Source of the DNA: Dehalococcoidia bacterium
Lineage (GTDB): Bacteria; Chloroflexota; Dehalococcoidia; Lucifugimonadales; UBA2985
Reading direction: 5' to 3'
Length of the DNA stretch: 64,000 nt
Assembly (NCBI GenBank): GCA_034423135.1
Contig: DAOUJC010000005.1
Location: 33,985-97,984 of the forward strand
A model generated the notes under the pieces. It was not told the origin of the DNA and did not search any database. It was given only the letters and a program-made list of their open reading frames with translations. Every line of letters starts with the position of its first letter. Positions within the stretch are counted from its first letter, which is position 1. Positions 9,842 through 17,919 of this stretch are shown piece after piece. A program made the translations under genes and the position numbers.

Positions 9842-10059
9842 TTCGCCCGCAATCGCTCTTCCCTCTCAGCCAGATACTCCTCAAACGGACGAGATTCATC
9901 ACCCTGGCGCTCTTTGATGAGAGCGATATCGATGACTTCTTCCTGGAGCTCGGGATCCTCCAGTATGCGCTCAATCACCATATCCCTCTCCTTCTTGGAG
10001 AGGGACTGCAAGGCCATTAGAAAGACCTCTGCCCTGTTTTCCTTGCCGTTAGCCTTCAT
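9838..10059 (-). CDS. putative antitoxin
   Basis: 73-aa acidic ORF overlapping the RelE start by 4 nt; ends ESRPFEEYLAER as many RelB-type partners do. Confidence 0.75.
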   Translation of the reverse strand: MKANGKENRAEVFLMALQSLSKKERDMVIERILEDPELQEEVIDIALIKERQGDESRPFEEYLAEREERLRAK

Positions 10060-10101
10060 TGCTGCTCCTGCTTGGTAGAACCTTGGTTACGTCACTGAGC
10101 T

Positions 10102-10320
10102 TCAGGTCTCGGTCCCGTTCTCCGGTTGCGAGTTCATTTGCAGGTTCAATTGGGCTATTTGGGCCTCAGCTCTCTCGAGTGTGGCGAATGCCTGCGCCAA
10201 CGTCTGCGACCTGGCGCTAGATGCAGTGAGCGGTGATTCGCCGGAGACAAGTCGGGAGTACTGAGCGGCGAGCCGCCCTACCTCACGCTCCAAATGCGTC
10301 ATTCTCTCCTCAAGAGTCAT
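10102..10320 (-). CDS. small coiled-coil hypothetical protein
   Basis: 72-aa ORF with ATG and G-rich RBS; heptad-like LEERMTHLEREV. Confidence 0.5.
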   Translation of the reverse strand: MTLEERMTHLEREVGRLAAQYSRLVSGESPLTASSARSQTLAQAFATLERAEAQIAQLNLQMNSQPENGTET

Positions 10321-10333
10321 AGTGCCCCACTCC

Positions 10334-10384
10334 CCCTACACCTCTTGCAGCATCCGCTCCAGCGCCACGCGTGCGTGGTGAGCC
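10334..10384 (-). repeat. direct-repeat copy of the last 51 bp of nadA (att-like)
   Basis: 48/51 identical to 11691-11741; encodes AHHARVALERMLQEV*. Confidence 0.9.
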
Positions 10385-10448
10385 AAACACACCCCCGGCT
10401 GGTGTCATCGCAACTCACCCCGCCGCCAGTGCAACCGGTCACGCACGA

Positions 10449-11039
10449 TCAGAGGCCGAATTCCCGCCGTACCTCGTCAGGAATCACCACAGTGCCGTCC
10501 TGCTTCACGTCTACGCCGTGAGCATATCGCAGCAGGTAAGTAGGATTCGCGTCCTCCATCCAGTAGAAGGCTTCGTGGCGGAAATCAATTGCCTCCCAAG
10601 TTGCATATAGTCTCGGCCCTCTAACCGGTGGGGCCAGTAGGAACCTCAGCACGGTGCCCTCCGCGGCCGGAAACGGCTTGAGGGAGCGTGCTTCACACCA
10701 CTCCTCAAATATGGGCCAATGCTCCGCTGACTGTGACAGAGCCAACTGTTGATCTGGATCTTCCGGATGCACCCTCCAATCGACGGGGAACCCGTGCTCG
10801 TCCAATTCCGGCGGTGGCGGACGCCGACCACGCCTGAGGACGTTGCGAAAGAAGGCGCTTCTCGCGTTGTTGAACAGGGCCACCGCCATCAGCAAGAGGG
10901 GCGCCCTCCTTAGAGTGTGTTCGACTCCACGCGGCGGATTGTCTGAATCGGCATCGAGTGTCAGATATTCAGAGTCGCTCCTATACTCGCGCCACGGAGG
11001 CTCCGGTTCCTTTGGGTGGAGTCGGAAGATTCTCAACAT
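10449..11039 (-). CDS. hypothetical protein with tyrosine-recombinase core-binding (SAM-like) domain resemblance
   Basis: WPIFEEWCEARSLKPFPAAEGTVLRFL ... AIDFRH...NPT resembles the Cre-type N-terminal domain; no catalytic domain. Confidence 0.55.
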   Translation of the reverse strand: MLRIFRLHPKEPEPPWREYRSDSEYLTLDADSDNPPRGVEHTLRRAPLLLMAVALFNNARSAFFRNVLRRGRRPPPPELDEHGFPVDWRVHPEDPDQQLALSQSAEHWPIFEEWCEARSLKPFPAAEGTVLRFLLAPPVRGPRLYATWEAIDFRHEAFYWMEDANPTYLLRYAHGVDVKQDGTVVIPDEVRREFGL

Positions 11040-11045
11040 ACACCT

Positions 11046-11648
11046 CTACTGCGAACAGTATACGGTGCCATCCTGCCAGAATTGACCTGTTAGGTTTTCC
11101 GAGATTCCGGAGAAGGTTCTCCCAAAGGCGATTAGCTGATGATCACCCTCCACCTTGTAGTTATACCACGTTCCTGCTTCGCAGTCCCAGTTGACGTACG
11201 CTGTCATCTTTGTGACCGTGCAAGTCGGAGCACCAGCCGCAACTGGACATTGCGAGTACTTGGATGCCACCAATTTCCAGCCTGACCAACTCGAACGGTA
11301 CAGCCTCTGCCAAATGGTCCACACGCTACCTCTTGGAGGATCCAATAGGCAGGCCGTGTGTGACTTGGCTTGGATCCAGCCAGGCCCTGGGTCTATAGTC
11401 GATTCGTGCGGTCTGTCTGACTTCGCCTTGCATCCCCACGGATTCACGGAGGAGTACGCCGCTGTTCCGTCACCTGCCGCCGCCCCACCGGAATCAAGCA
11501 ATTCAGCCTCGGTCTCTAGCGGTTCCTCGATATCTTGCACAGGTATCGCATCCTTGCTGGCTCCTCCCGATACGATCGCGACTGTCAATAGCAACACGAC
11601 CAACAGCGTCTTTCGAGTCCTCTGAACAAACCATGAAGTCGCGGACAT
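11046..11648 (-). CDS. secreted cysteine-containing hypothetical protein
   Basis: Signal-like RKTLLVVLLLTVAIVSGGA, acidic linker, C-terminal domain with 6 Cys. Confidence 0.6.
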   Translation of the reverse strand: MSATSWFVQRTRKTLLVVLLLTVAIVSGGASKDAIPVQDIEEPLETEAELLDSGGAAAGDGTAAYSSVNPWGCKAKSDRPHESTIDPGPGWIQAKSHTACLLDPPRGSVWTIWQRLYRSSWSGWKLVASKYSQCPVAAGAPTCTVTKMTAYVNWDCEAGTWYNYKVEGDHQLIAFGRTFSGISENLTGQFWQDGTVYCSQ

Positions 11649-11690
11649 CGCCCACCTCCTGTACTGGCTGTTCTAAACCGACTTCAGCTG

Positions 11691-11741
11691 CCCTACACCT
11701 CTTGCAGCATCCGCGCAAGCGCCACGCGGGCGTGGTGAGCC
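11691..11741 (-). repeat. nadA 3' end, second copy of the 51-bp direct repeat
   Basis: Matches 10334-10384 with 3 mismatches. Confidence 0.9.
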
Positions 11742-12898
11742 GTCTCGTCGTCGACCGTGATGCGGTTGATCACCTCGCCGTCCAGTAGCCGCTCCAGCGA
11801 CCACAGCAGGTACGCCGGGTGCGTCCGGTACATCGTCGAGCACGGGCACACCACCGAGTCCAGGCAGAACACCAGCTTATCCGGGTGCTCCTGCGCCAGC
11901 CGGTTCACCAGGCTGATCTCCGTGCCCACGGCCCACTTGCTGCCGGAAGGCGCCTCGTTGATGGTCTTGATGATGAACTCCGTCGAGCCGTCGCAGTCGG
12001 CCAGGTCCACCACCTCCCTCACGCACTCCGGGTGTACTATCACGTTGATGTCCGGGTACGCGGCCCTGGCCTTGTTGATCTGCGCAACGCTGAAGCGCGT
12101 GTGCACCGAGCAGTGGCCCTGCCACAGCACGATCTTGGACTCTCTCAGCTTCTCGGGCGTGTGGCCCCCCAGGGGCTTGAACGGGTTCCACACCACCATC
12201 TCCTCCGCCGGTATGCCCAGCTTGAGGCCGGTGTTGCGGCCCAGGTGCTGGTCCGGGAAGAACACCACGCGCTCGCCCTGCTCGAAGGCCCAGCGCATGA
12301 CCGCAGGAGCGTTCGACGACGTGCACACGATGCCGTTGTTTCGACCGCACAGCGCCTTGATGGCCGCCGTGGAGTTCATGTACGTGATGGGTATGATGCC
12401 GCCCTCGCCGAGCACCTCCGTCAGGTCGTCCCAGCAGTCCAGCACGTCGTCCGTGCGAGCCATGTCCGACATGGAGCAGCCGGCCGTGATGTTAGGCAGG
12501 ATGACCTGCTGGTGCGACGCGCTGAGTATGTCCGCCGTCTCCGCCATGAAGTGTACGCCGCAGAAGACGATGAACTCCGCCTGCTCCTGCGCCGCCGCCT
12601 GCTGCGACAGCTTCAGCGAGTCGCCCCGGAAGTCGGCGAACTGGATGATCTCGTCGCGCTGGTAGTGGTGGCCCAGGACCACCAGCCGGTCCGCCAGTAT
12701 GTCCCTGGCGTATCGGATCCGGCGCGTCAGCTCTTCGCCGCCCATGTGGTGGTATTCGGCCGGTATGCTCTGCCAGCTGACCACCGCGGCGAACTCCTCC
12801 GCCAGAGGTTTGACCTCCAGTGTCTCATCGGTACGGCAGAACGCCGACTGCTCGACCTCCGTAAGAGGAATATATGGGGTCTTCTCGGTGGTAGTCAT
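11693..12898 (-). CDS. nadA: quinolinate synthase A
   Basis: LGHHYQRDE, VFCGVHFMAETA, AGCSMSDMA, GHCSVH, HPEC, CPCSTM (three Fe-S Cys). Confidence 0.96.
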   Translation of the reverse strand: MTTTEKTPYIPLTEVEQSAFCRTDETLEVKPLAEEFAAVVSWQSIPAEYHHMGGEELTRRIRYARDILADRLVVLGHHYQRDEIIQFADFRGDSLKLSQQAAAQEQAEFIVFCGVHFMAETADILSASHQQVILPNITAGCSMSDMARTDDVLDCWDDLTEVLGEGGIIPITYMNSTAAIKALCGRNNGIVCTSSNAPAVMRWAFEQGERVVFFPDQHLGRNTGLKLGIPAEEMVVWNPFKPLGGHTPEKLRESKIVLWQGHCSVHTRFSVAQINKARAAYPDINVIVHPECVREVVDLADCDGSTEFIIKTINEAPSGSKWAVGTEISLVNRLAQEHPDKLVFCLDSVVCPCSTMYRTHPAYLLWSLERLLDGEVINRITVDDETAHHARVALARMLQEV

Positions 12899-12902
12899 GT
12901 GG

Positions 12903-14231
12903 TCACCTCACGCCGCTCTTGACTTGCTCTGCGACCTCGCCCCTCAGCGACCAAGGGCCGGTCTTTTCGACTCGCACGTCAACAACCTCTCCCGTCAGGT
13001 CCTGTTCGTGAGAGAAGTATACCAGTTTATTGCCGCGGGTGCGTCCCTGCCACCCGTCTCGATTGCGTCCCTCCACCAGCACCGGCTCGACGCGGCCAGC
13101 CAGGCCTGCGTTGATGCTCTCGGCGATGCCTTCCTGCAGCTGCTCGATTGCCTGCACGCGTGCCCGCTTCACCTCGTGGGGCACGTCGTCGTCCATGCGG
13201 CGGTGCGCGATGGTGCCCTCGCGGTCGGAGTAGGCCGCCACGTGCACCTTGTCGAATCTCACGTCGCGAATGAGGTTCAGCGTAGACCGGAACTCGTCGT
13301 CAGTCTCGCCCGGGAAGCCGACTATCACGTCCGTGCTCATCGAGACGCCCGGGATGGCGTCGCGGATGCGGTCCACCAGCCGCCGGTAGTCGTCCGAGGC
13401 GTAGTTGCGGCGCATGTCCCGCAGCACGCGGTCGTCGCCCGCCTGGAACGGCAGGTTGACGTGCTCGCACACCTTGGGCAGTGAGGCCACCGCATCGATG
13501 ATTCGATCGCTCATGTAGTTGGGATGCGAGGTCAGGAAGCGTATGCGCTCCAGGCCGTCAACCTCGTGAATCGACTCGAAGAGGTCGGCCAGGTCGGGGC
13601 TGTCCGACAGGTCGTGGCCGTAGGCATCGACCGTCTGGCCCAGCAGCGTGACCTCGCGGACGCCCCGGCGCACCAGCAGCTCAACCTCTCGTGTCACGTC
13701 GTCGACGGGGCGGCTCTTCTGCCGGCCCCGGCGGTACGGGATGATGCAGAACGAGCAGAACTCGTCGCAGCCGTGGATGACCGGCACGTGCGTGGCGATG
13801 CTCGGTCGGACGGGCGCCAGGTCGCGCAGACAGCCGTCCACGTCCACACCGAGGCGGCCGCCGATCAGTTCGATGAGCGGCTCGTACTGCTGGGGACGCA
13901 TGAACACGTCCACGTACGGGAATCGCTGCTGGAGCTGTGCCGAGCTTGGGCCCACCATGCACCCCATGAGCGCAAAAATGCGGTCGGGCTTCGACCGCAT
14001 CACTGGCTTCAGCGAGGTTATCATGCCGACCACCTTGTCCTCGGCGCTCTGGCGCACCACGCAGCTGTTGAGCACGACGACGTCGGCGTCCTGAGGCCGG
14101 GCGGTTTCCTCGAGGCCCATGCCTTCGAGCGCGCCGGCGAGCCTTTCGGAGTCGGCTGTGTTCATCTGGCAGCCGATGGTCCAGATATGATAGCTGGAGG
14201 GGCTAGACTGCGTCTGTGGCATCGTGCGCAT
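12903..14231 (-). CDS. miaB: tRNA (N6-isopentenyl adenosine(37)-C2)-methylthiotransferase
   Basis: IWTIGCQMNTADSE, NSCVVRQSAEDK, CDEFCSFC radical-SAM motif, C-terminal TRAM. Confidence 0.93.
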   Translation of the reverse strand: MRTMPQTQSSPSSYHIWTIGCQMNTADSERLAGALEGMGLEETARPQDADVVVLNSCVVRQSAEDKVVGMITSLKPVMRSKPDRIFALMGCMVGPSSAQLQQRFPYVDVFMRPQQYEPLIELIGGRLGVDVDGCLRDLAPVRPSIATHVPVIHGCDEFCSFCIIPYRRGRQKSRPVDDVTREVELLVRRGVREVTLLGQTVDAYGHDLSDSPDLADLFESIHEVDGLERIRFLTSHPNYMSDRIIDAVASLPKVCEHVNLPFQAGDDRVLRDMRRNYASDDYRRLVDRIRDAIPGVSMSTDVIVGFPGETDDEFRSTLNLIRDVRFDKVHVAAYSDREGTIAHRRMDDDVPHEVKRARVQAIEQLQEGIAESINAGLAGRVEPVLVEGRNRDGWQGRTRGNKLVYFSHEQDLTGEVVDVRVEKTGPWSLRGEVAEQVKSGVR

Positions 14232-14239
14232 ACCCCGGT

Positions 14240-14331
14240 TGGCGGAGGGAATGGGATTCGAACCCATGAGAGAGCTTTCGCCCCCTAACCGCTTAGCAGG
14301 CGGCCGCACTAGGCCTCTATGCGATCCCTCC
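14240..14331 (-). tRNA. tRNA-Ser(GCT)
   Basis: Reverse complement GGAGGGATCGCATAG...CCGC-CTGCTAA-GCGG...GGTTCGAATCCCATTCCCTCCGCCA; long variable arm, encoded CCA. Confidence 0.95.
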
Positions 14332-14430
14332 TGCCTATTGACAATACATCATATCAAATTGTGAGGAGGGGGGCAAGGGGCGCGAAATTCTCTGACAGAA
14401 GTGCAAAGTGGATGGGGCGCAAGGTCGCAA

Positions 14431-14679
14431 CTACTTCTTGTACTGCTTCTCCAAGCGCTCCAAGCCATTGCGTCCAAGTCCGGTCTGCTTGGGGCCGAGG
14501 ATTTGGCTGAGTGTCGTCTGAGGGATATTCTCGCGCGTATCCTTCACCGTGGTGAATCGCGTCCGGCCTTCCTCCTGCTTGCGCATCCAGACACCGTGGG
14601 GGTTGCTGCGCACTCTCACCCAGCCATCGGCTACGAGAAGCCGAATGAGCTCCTTGCCCGTCACCGGCCTACCCAGCAA
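14431..14679 (-). CDS. hicA: HicA-family toxin
   Basis: 82 aa, GKELIRLLVADGW...SNPHG, IPQTTLSQIL. Confidence 0.75.
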   Translation of the reverse strand: MLGRPVTGKELIRLLVADGWVRVRSNPHGVWMRKQEEGRTRFTTVKDTRENIPQTTLSQILGPKQTGLGRNGLERLEKQYKK

Positions 14680-15028
14680 CTTGCGACGGGGGGAGTTTCA
14701 CGATGCGAGGTTGAAAGTATGGACCGCTCGACACGTCGAATATGTCCACCCAGTTAGCGACCACTGCGGCCTCTATGCTTCTCCGCAGCCGTTCAAGATC
14801 CAGCTCGGCGGGATTCATTTCAATCCCGTTCTCCGCGAAGAAGCGCTCACGCTCTCCGGCTTCTTCCAGGAGATTCAGGTGTTCTTCCACCAATGCCTCC
14901 AGATCCGCCGTGACTCTCTCGAAGTTCCTACCGAATGTACTCGTGCCTAACTCGATACAAACGCCTACCCACTTACCTTCCTCCCTTGTATACCGGAGCG
15001 TTAGTGTCACACTACCTTCTACGGTCAC
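14669..15028 (-). CDS. hicB: HicB-like antitoxin
   Basis: EEGKWVGVCIELGTSTFG...LEALVEEHL, overlaps the hicA start. Confidence 0.7.
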   Translation of the reverse strand: MTVEGSVTLTLRYTREEGKWVGVCIELGTSTFGRNFERVTADLEALVEEHLNLLEEAGERERFFAENGIEMNPAELDLERLRRSIEAAVVANWVDIFDVSSGPYFQPRIVKLPPSQVAG

Positions 15029-15199
15029 GGCTCTCCCTTCACACTCGCCTTGGCGATGGGTGTCCCCGCCCTATGATCGCCCGGCCTGGCAGGGCTGGGC
15101 AGTTGAATCTTATCACGGCGACCTCATGATAACCAATCTCTGCAATCTGTAGGCTGCCGACCGCTGGGTCAAAAGCAGCCGGGCTCCCAGTGACTTACA

Positions 15200-17587
15200 T
15201 TACCAGGTAGAGGAGCCGTACAACCTGTCCCAGACTTCCTGCATCTTATTCTCTGCACCTGGCGGTGTGTGTCTCAAGAATGCCTCATATATGTCCCTAT
15301 CGCTATTGGGAACCTGACTAGCCAAGCTCGTGCGCTGAAGATCTCCCAAGGCTGCCACTACAGCCTCGAATCCAACCTCCCTCTCCAAGCTGAGCAGCAG
15401 GTGCAAGCCAATCTTAAACTTGCAGAAGGGCGGTATTCCTGGGCTGTCGACGAGGGCCTCCACAATCTGCAAGACCCCTTGGGACGTACAGTCATCCCTG
15501 ACCAGGTTTGTCACGCGGGTGTATACGTCCTGGTCAGCGTAGCCCTTCCACTTTTGTATATACTCACGGACGTACTCTGCGCCCGCCTCTCTAAACCACA
15601 GGGGACCTATTAGGTTATCGAAATAGGAATGGGCTACTTCGTGATTAATGACGTCCCGCATGCCTCTGTCGGATAGATTATCGACTATCTCGATACGTTG
15701 CCCCCCGTCGAAAGACTTCCCAGCGAAAGTAGGAGATCTGCCGTCATAGCCGTACTTCTGCACCGTGGCAACAACCAGTTCACTATGGGGGAACGGCTCC
15801 TCCATGAGCCGCTCCGCTCCCCTAGCGGCATCTTCAAGCCAATCCATGGCACCCTCCCAAGAGTTCATGCTGCCCTCAACCATCCACAGTTTGACCTCAC
15901 CTGCAAGCGGGAGTTCAATTGTCCTCAACTTAATCCTTCCCGCGTTTAGTTTCGGCCATTCTCGATAAGAGCCGTATTCACTACTCAGGCCGATAACATG
16001 AACCCTCTCCATGTCCGTCAGCCCGTCGACGAACCAGTCCGCAGCCATCATCTCTTCGAGGAGCTTGCGCCTCGTTTCCTGTTCCTCCAAGCCATATCCA
16101 AAGCTGCGCATCAGCATATTCTCAATGGGACTATACGGGCCGTCAGCCTCGTCCACTAGAAGGCTTAGGAGTTCAAAGGGATCGCGGTCAAGGGTATCGG
16201 CCACAGCCAAGATATTTCCCAATCCACGCATCTGCTGGACATCAGTGTAGGTTATGCCGTCCGTCACCCAAGCTTGGTCAAGGAGCCAGTTTCCCGCGAC
16301 GTCATAGTCTCTAATTGCATTAATTGCGCCGCGTTCGCTCTCCGTAATCCCATCTGCCACCCAAGGCAGTTCGATGAGCCTGACGCTCAGCTCCGGGGTA
16401 AACTCCGCCAAGTGTCTTATGATGCCGAGTGCGCCATGCTCGACATCTGTGATGCCATCTTGTAGCCAAGTGAAATGTACCAGCATGACTCCAGAGCCGC
16501 GATTGAAATGCTCCAGGTCTCTGATTTGAGTGACCGTATTAAATTCGGGCCCAGTCAAGTCGTCGAAGGCCCACTCTAGCTCGACGATACCAGGGAGCAC
16601 ATCCCGGTACGTTTCGGCAACGGAAGCCAAGACGTTTACCGTCCACGCCTCATCCCAATTGATGCCGTCGGTGAACCACCCCGCATTGAAGACTTGCTCA
16701 GCGAGGCGACTGTCGAGATCGTCCTCCGATCCGACAAAACTGCCAATGCCGTTGACTGCACTCAGTTCGTGCTCGTCCAAACCGTCAATGAACCAGGGAA
16801 GAGCAGCGATGTACCTAGCCGACTCAATGTCTTTGGACGCTACTCTCTCGAAGGCTCGGAGGTCAGTCAGCTCTTCACTGGTAACGACGCTCGCTAGCCA
16901 GGTAAAGGCAATTAGTTGACTGACCAGGTCAGTATCCATGTCAGCGATGCCCTGAAGACTCCGCAACAGGTCCACTTCTACTTGAGTTGCTTCGTCTACA
17001 ACCCAAGGCAATTGGGCAACTTCATGGCCGGCATCAGGATCGTAAAGGAAGATATCAATCAGTATCCCAACCGCATCGGCTGAAGCAGCTCCCTCGGGAT
17101 CCTCGAACCATGGAATCACTTGAGCCAGCTCAGAGGCAGCCACATCTCGGGGATTTGGTGTCGCCGTTGGAACTGGAGTGGGTGTGGCGGTAGGAGAAGG
17201 CACAGGAGTGGGCGTAGATGTCGGCGCGGGTGTGCTGGTGGGTGCGGGGGTAGGGGAGAGTGTGGGGGTGTTGGCGAGCGTTGGAGTAGGTGTGGGTGGG
17301 GGAGTGCTGGTGAGAGTTGGGGTAGGTGCGGGTGCGAGCGTGCTGGTCGGTAGTGGAACGGGAGTTGGGGTTCGCGTGGGAGTAGGCGAACTGGTAGGTA
17401 TAGGTACGGCGGAAGCTGTCGGCGCGTAGGCTGGTTCCGGATCCTGACCCCCCGGAGTTGAATCTGTCACTTGGGCGCCGTCTTCACATGCCATCGACGA
17501 CATTGCAATCATTAGGCACAGCGCTCCTAGATGCACTCCCCAACGGAGGTGCCCGCTCAGCCCGCTCGACGAAACGGAGGTCAGCAA
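15200..17587 (-). CDS. large repeat-containing lipoprotein with C-terminal HExxH metallopeptidase-like domain
   Basis: Lipobox-like SSMAC, Pro/Thr stalk, ~10 W-x-x-D-G-[IL]-T-x-x-E repeats, NHEVAH...WFREAGAEY; start uncertain (ORF opens at 17686). Confidence 0.75.
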   Translation of the reverse strand: MLTSVSSSGLSGHLRWGVHLGALCLMIAMSSMACEDGAQVTDSTPGGQDPEPAYAPTASAVPIPTSSPTPTRTPTPVPLPTSTLAPAPTPTLTSTPPPTPTPTLANTPTLSPTPAPTSTPAPTSTPTPVPSPTATPTPVPTATPNPRDVAASELAQVIPWFEDPEGAASADAVGILIDIFLYDPDAGHEVAQLPWVVDEATQVEVDLLRSLQGIADMDTDLVSQLIAFTWLASVVTSEELTDLRAFERVASKDIESARYIAALPWFIDGLDEHELSAVNGIGSFVGSEDDLDSRLAEQVFNAGWFTDGINWDEAWTVNVLASVAETYRDVLPGIVELEWAFDDLTGPEFNTVTQIRDLEHFNRGSGVMLVHFTWLQDGITDVEHGALGIIRHLAEFTPELSVRLIELPWVADGITESERGAINAIRDYDVAGNWLLDQAWVTDGITYTDVQQMRGLGNILAVADTLDRDPFELLSLLVDEADGPYSPIENMLMRSFGYGLEEQETRRKLLEEMMAADWFVDGLTDMERVHVIGLSSEYGSYREWPKLNAGRIKLRTIELPLAGEVKLWMVEGSMNSWEGAMDWLEDAARGAERLMEEPFPHSELVVATVQKYGYDGRSPTFAGKSFDGGQRIEIVDNLSDRGMRDVINHEVAHSYFDNLIGPLWFREAGAEYVREYIQKWKGYADQDVYTRVTNLVRDDCTSQGVLQIVEALVDSPGIPPFCKFKIGLHLLLSLEREVGFEAVVAALGDLQRTSLASQVPNSDRDIYEAFLRHTPPGAENKMQEVWDRLYGSSTW

Positions 17588-17742
17588 TCCATTAACCCCC
17601 CCTAGTGTGGAATCACAGGAATTGCGTAGGAATTGGCTTGGAATTTCTTGGAATGATACGTGGGCGATTTGGCGCCTCAATCCCAAGAGAAGGATGCCTG
17701 AGGGACTATAGGATTCTCTTGACTAAGTGGAGCAACGTAGGC

Positions 17743-17826
17743 TGGCGGAGGGAATGGGATTCGAACCCAATAGAGAGTTTTCACCCCTAAGCAGGCGACC
17801 GCACTAGGCCTCTATGCGATCCCTCC
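17743..17826 (-). pseudogene. decayed duplicate of tRNA-Ser(GCT)
   Basis: Both ends match 14240-14331, but ~8 nt of the anticodon arm are missing and the variable arm is mutated. Confidence 0.85.
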
Positions 17827-17919
17827 TGCCTGTTGGCTAAACATCATAACAATACGGGGCCAGCGTCACAAGTGGCGATTACAGCGGAGAGAGAAGTGCG
17901 TTGCGCTGTAGAGTACCCC

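Noticed and set aside
17200-17410. Pro/Thr-coding GT-rich tandem repeats (also 37560-37660 and 59430-59540)
   Set aside because: They encode lipoprotein stalks common in Chloroflexota, not independent DNA repeat elements
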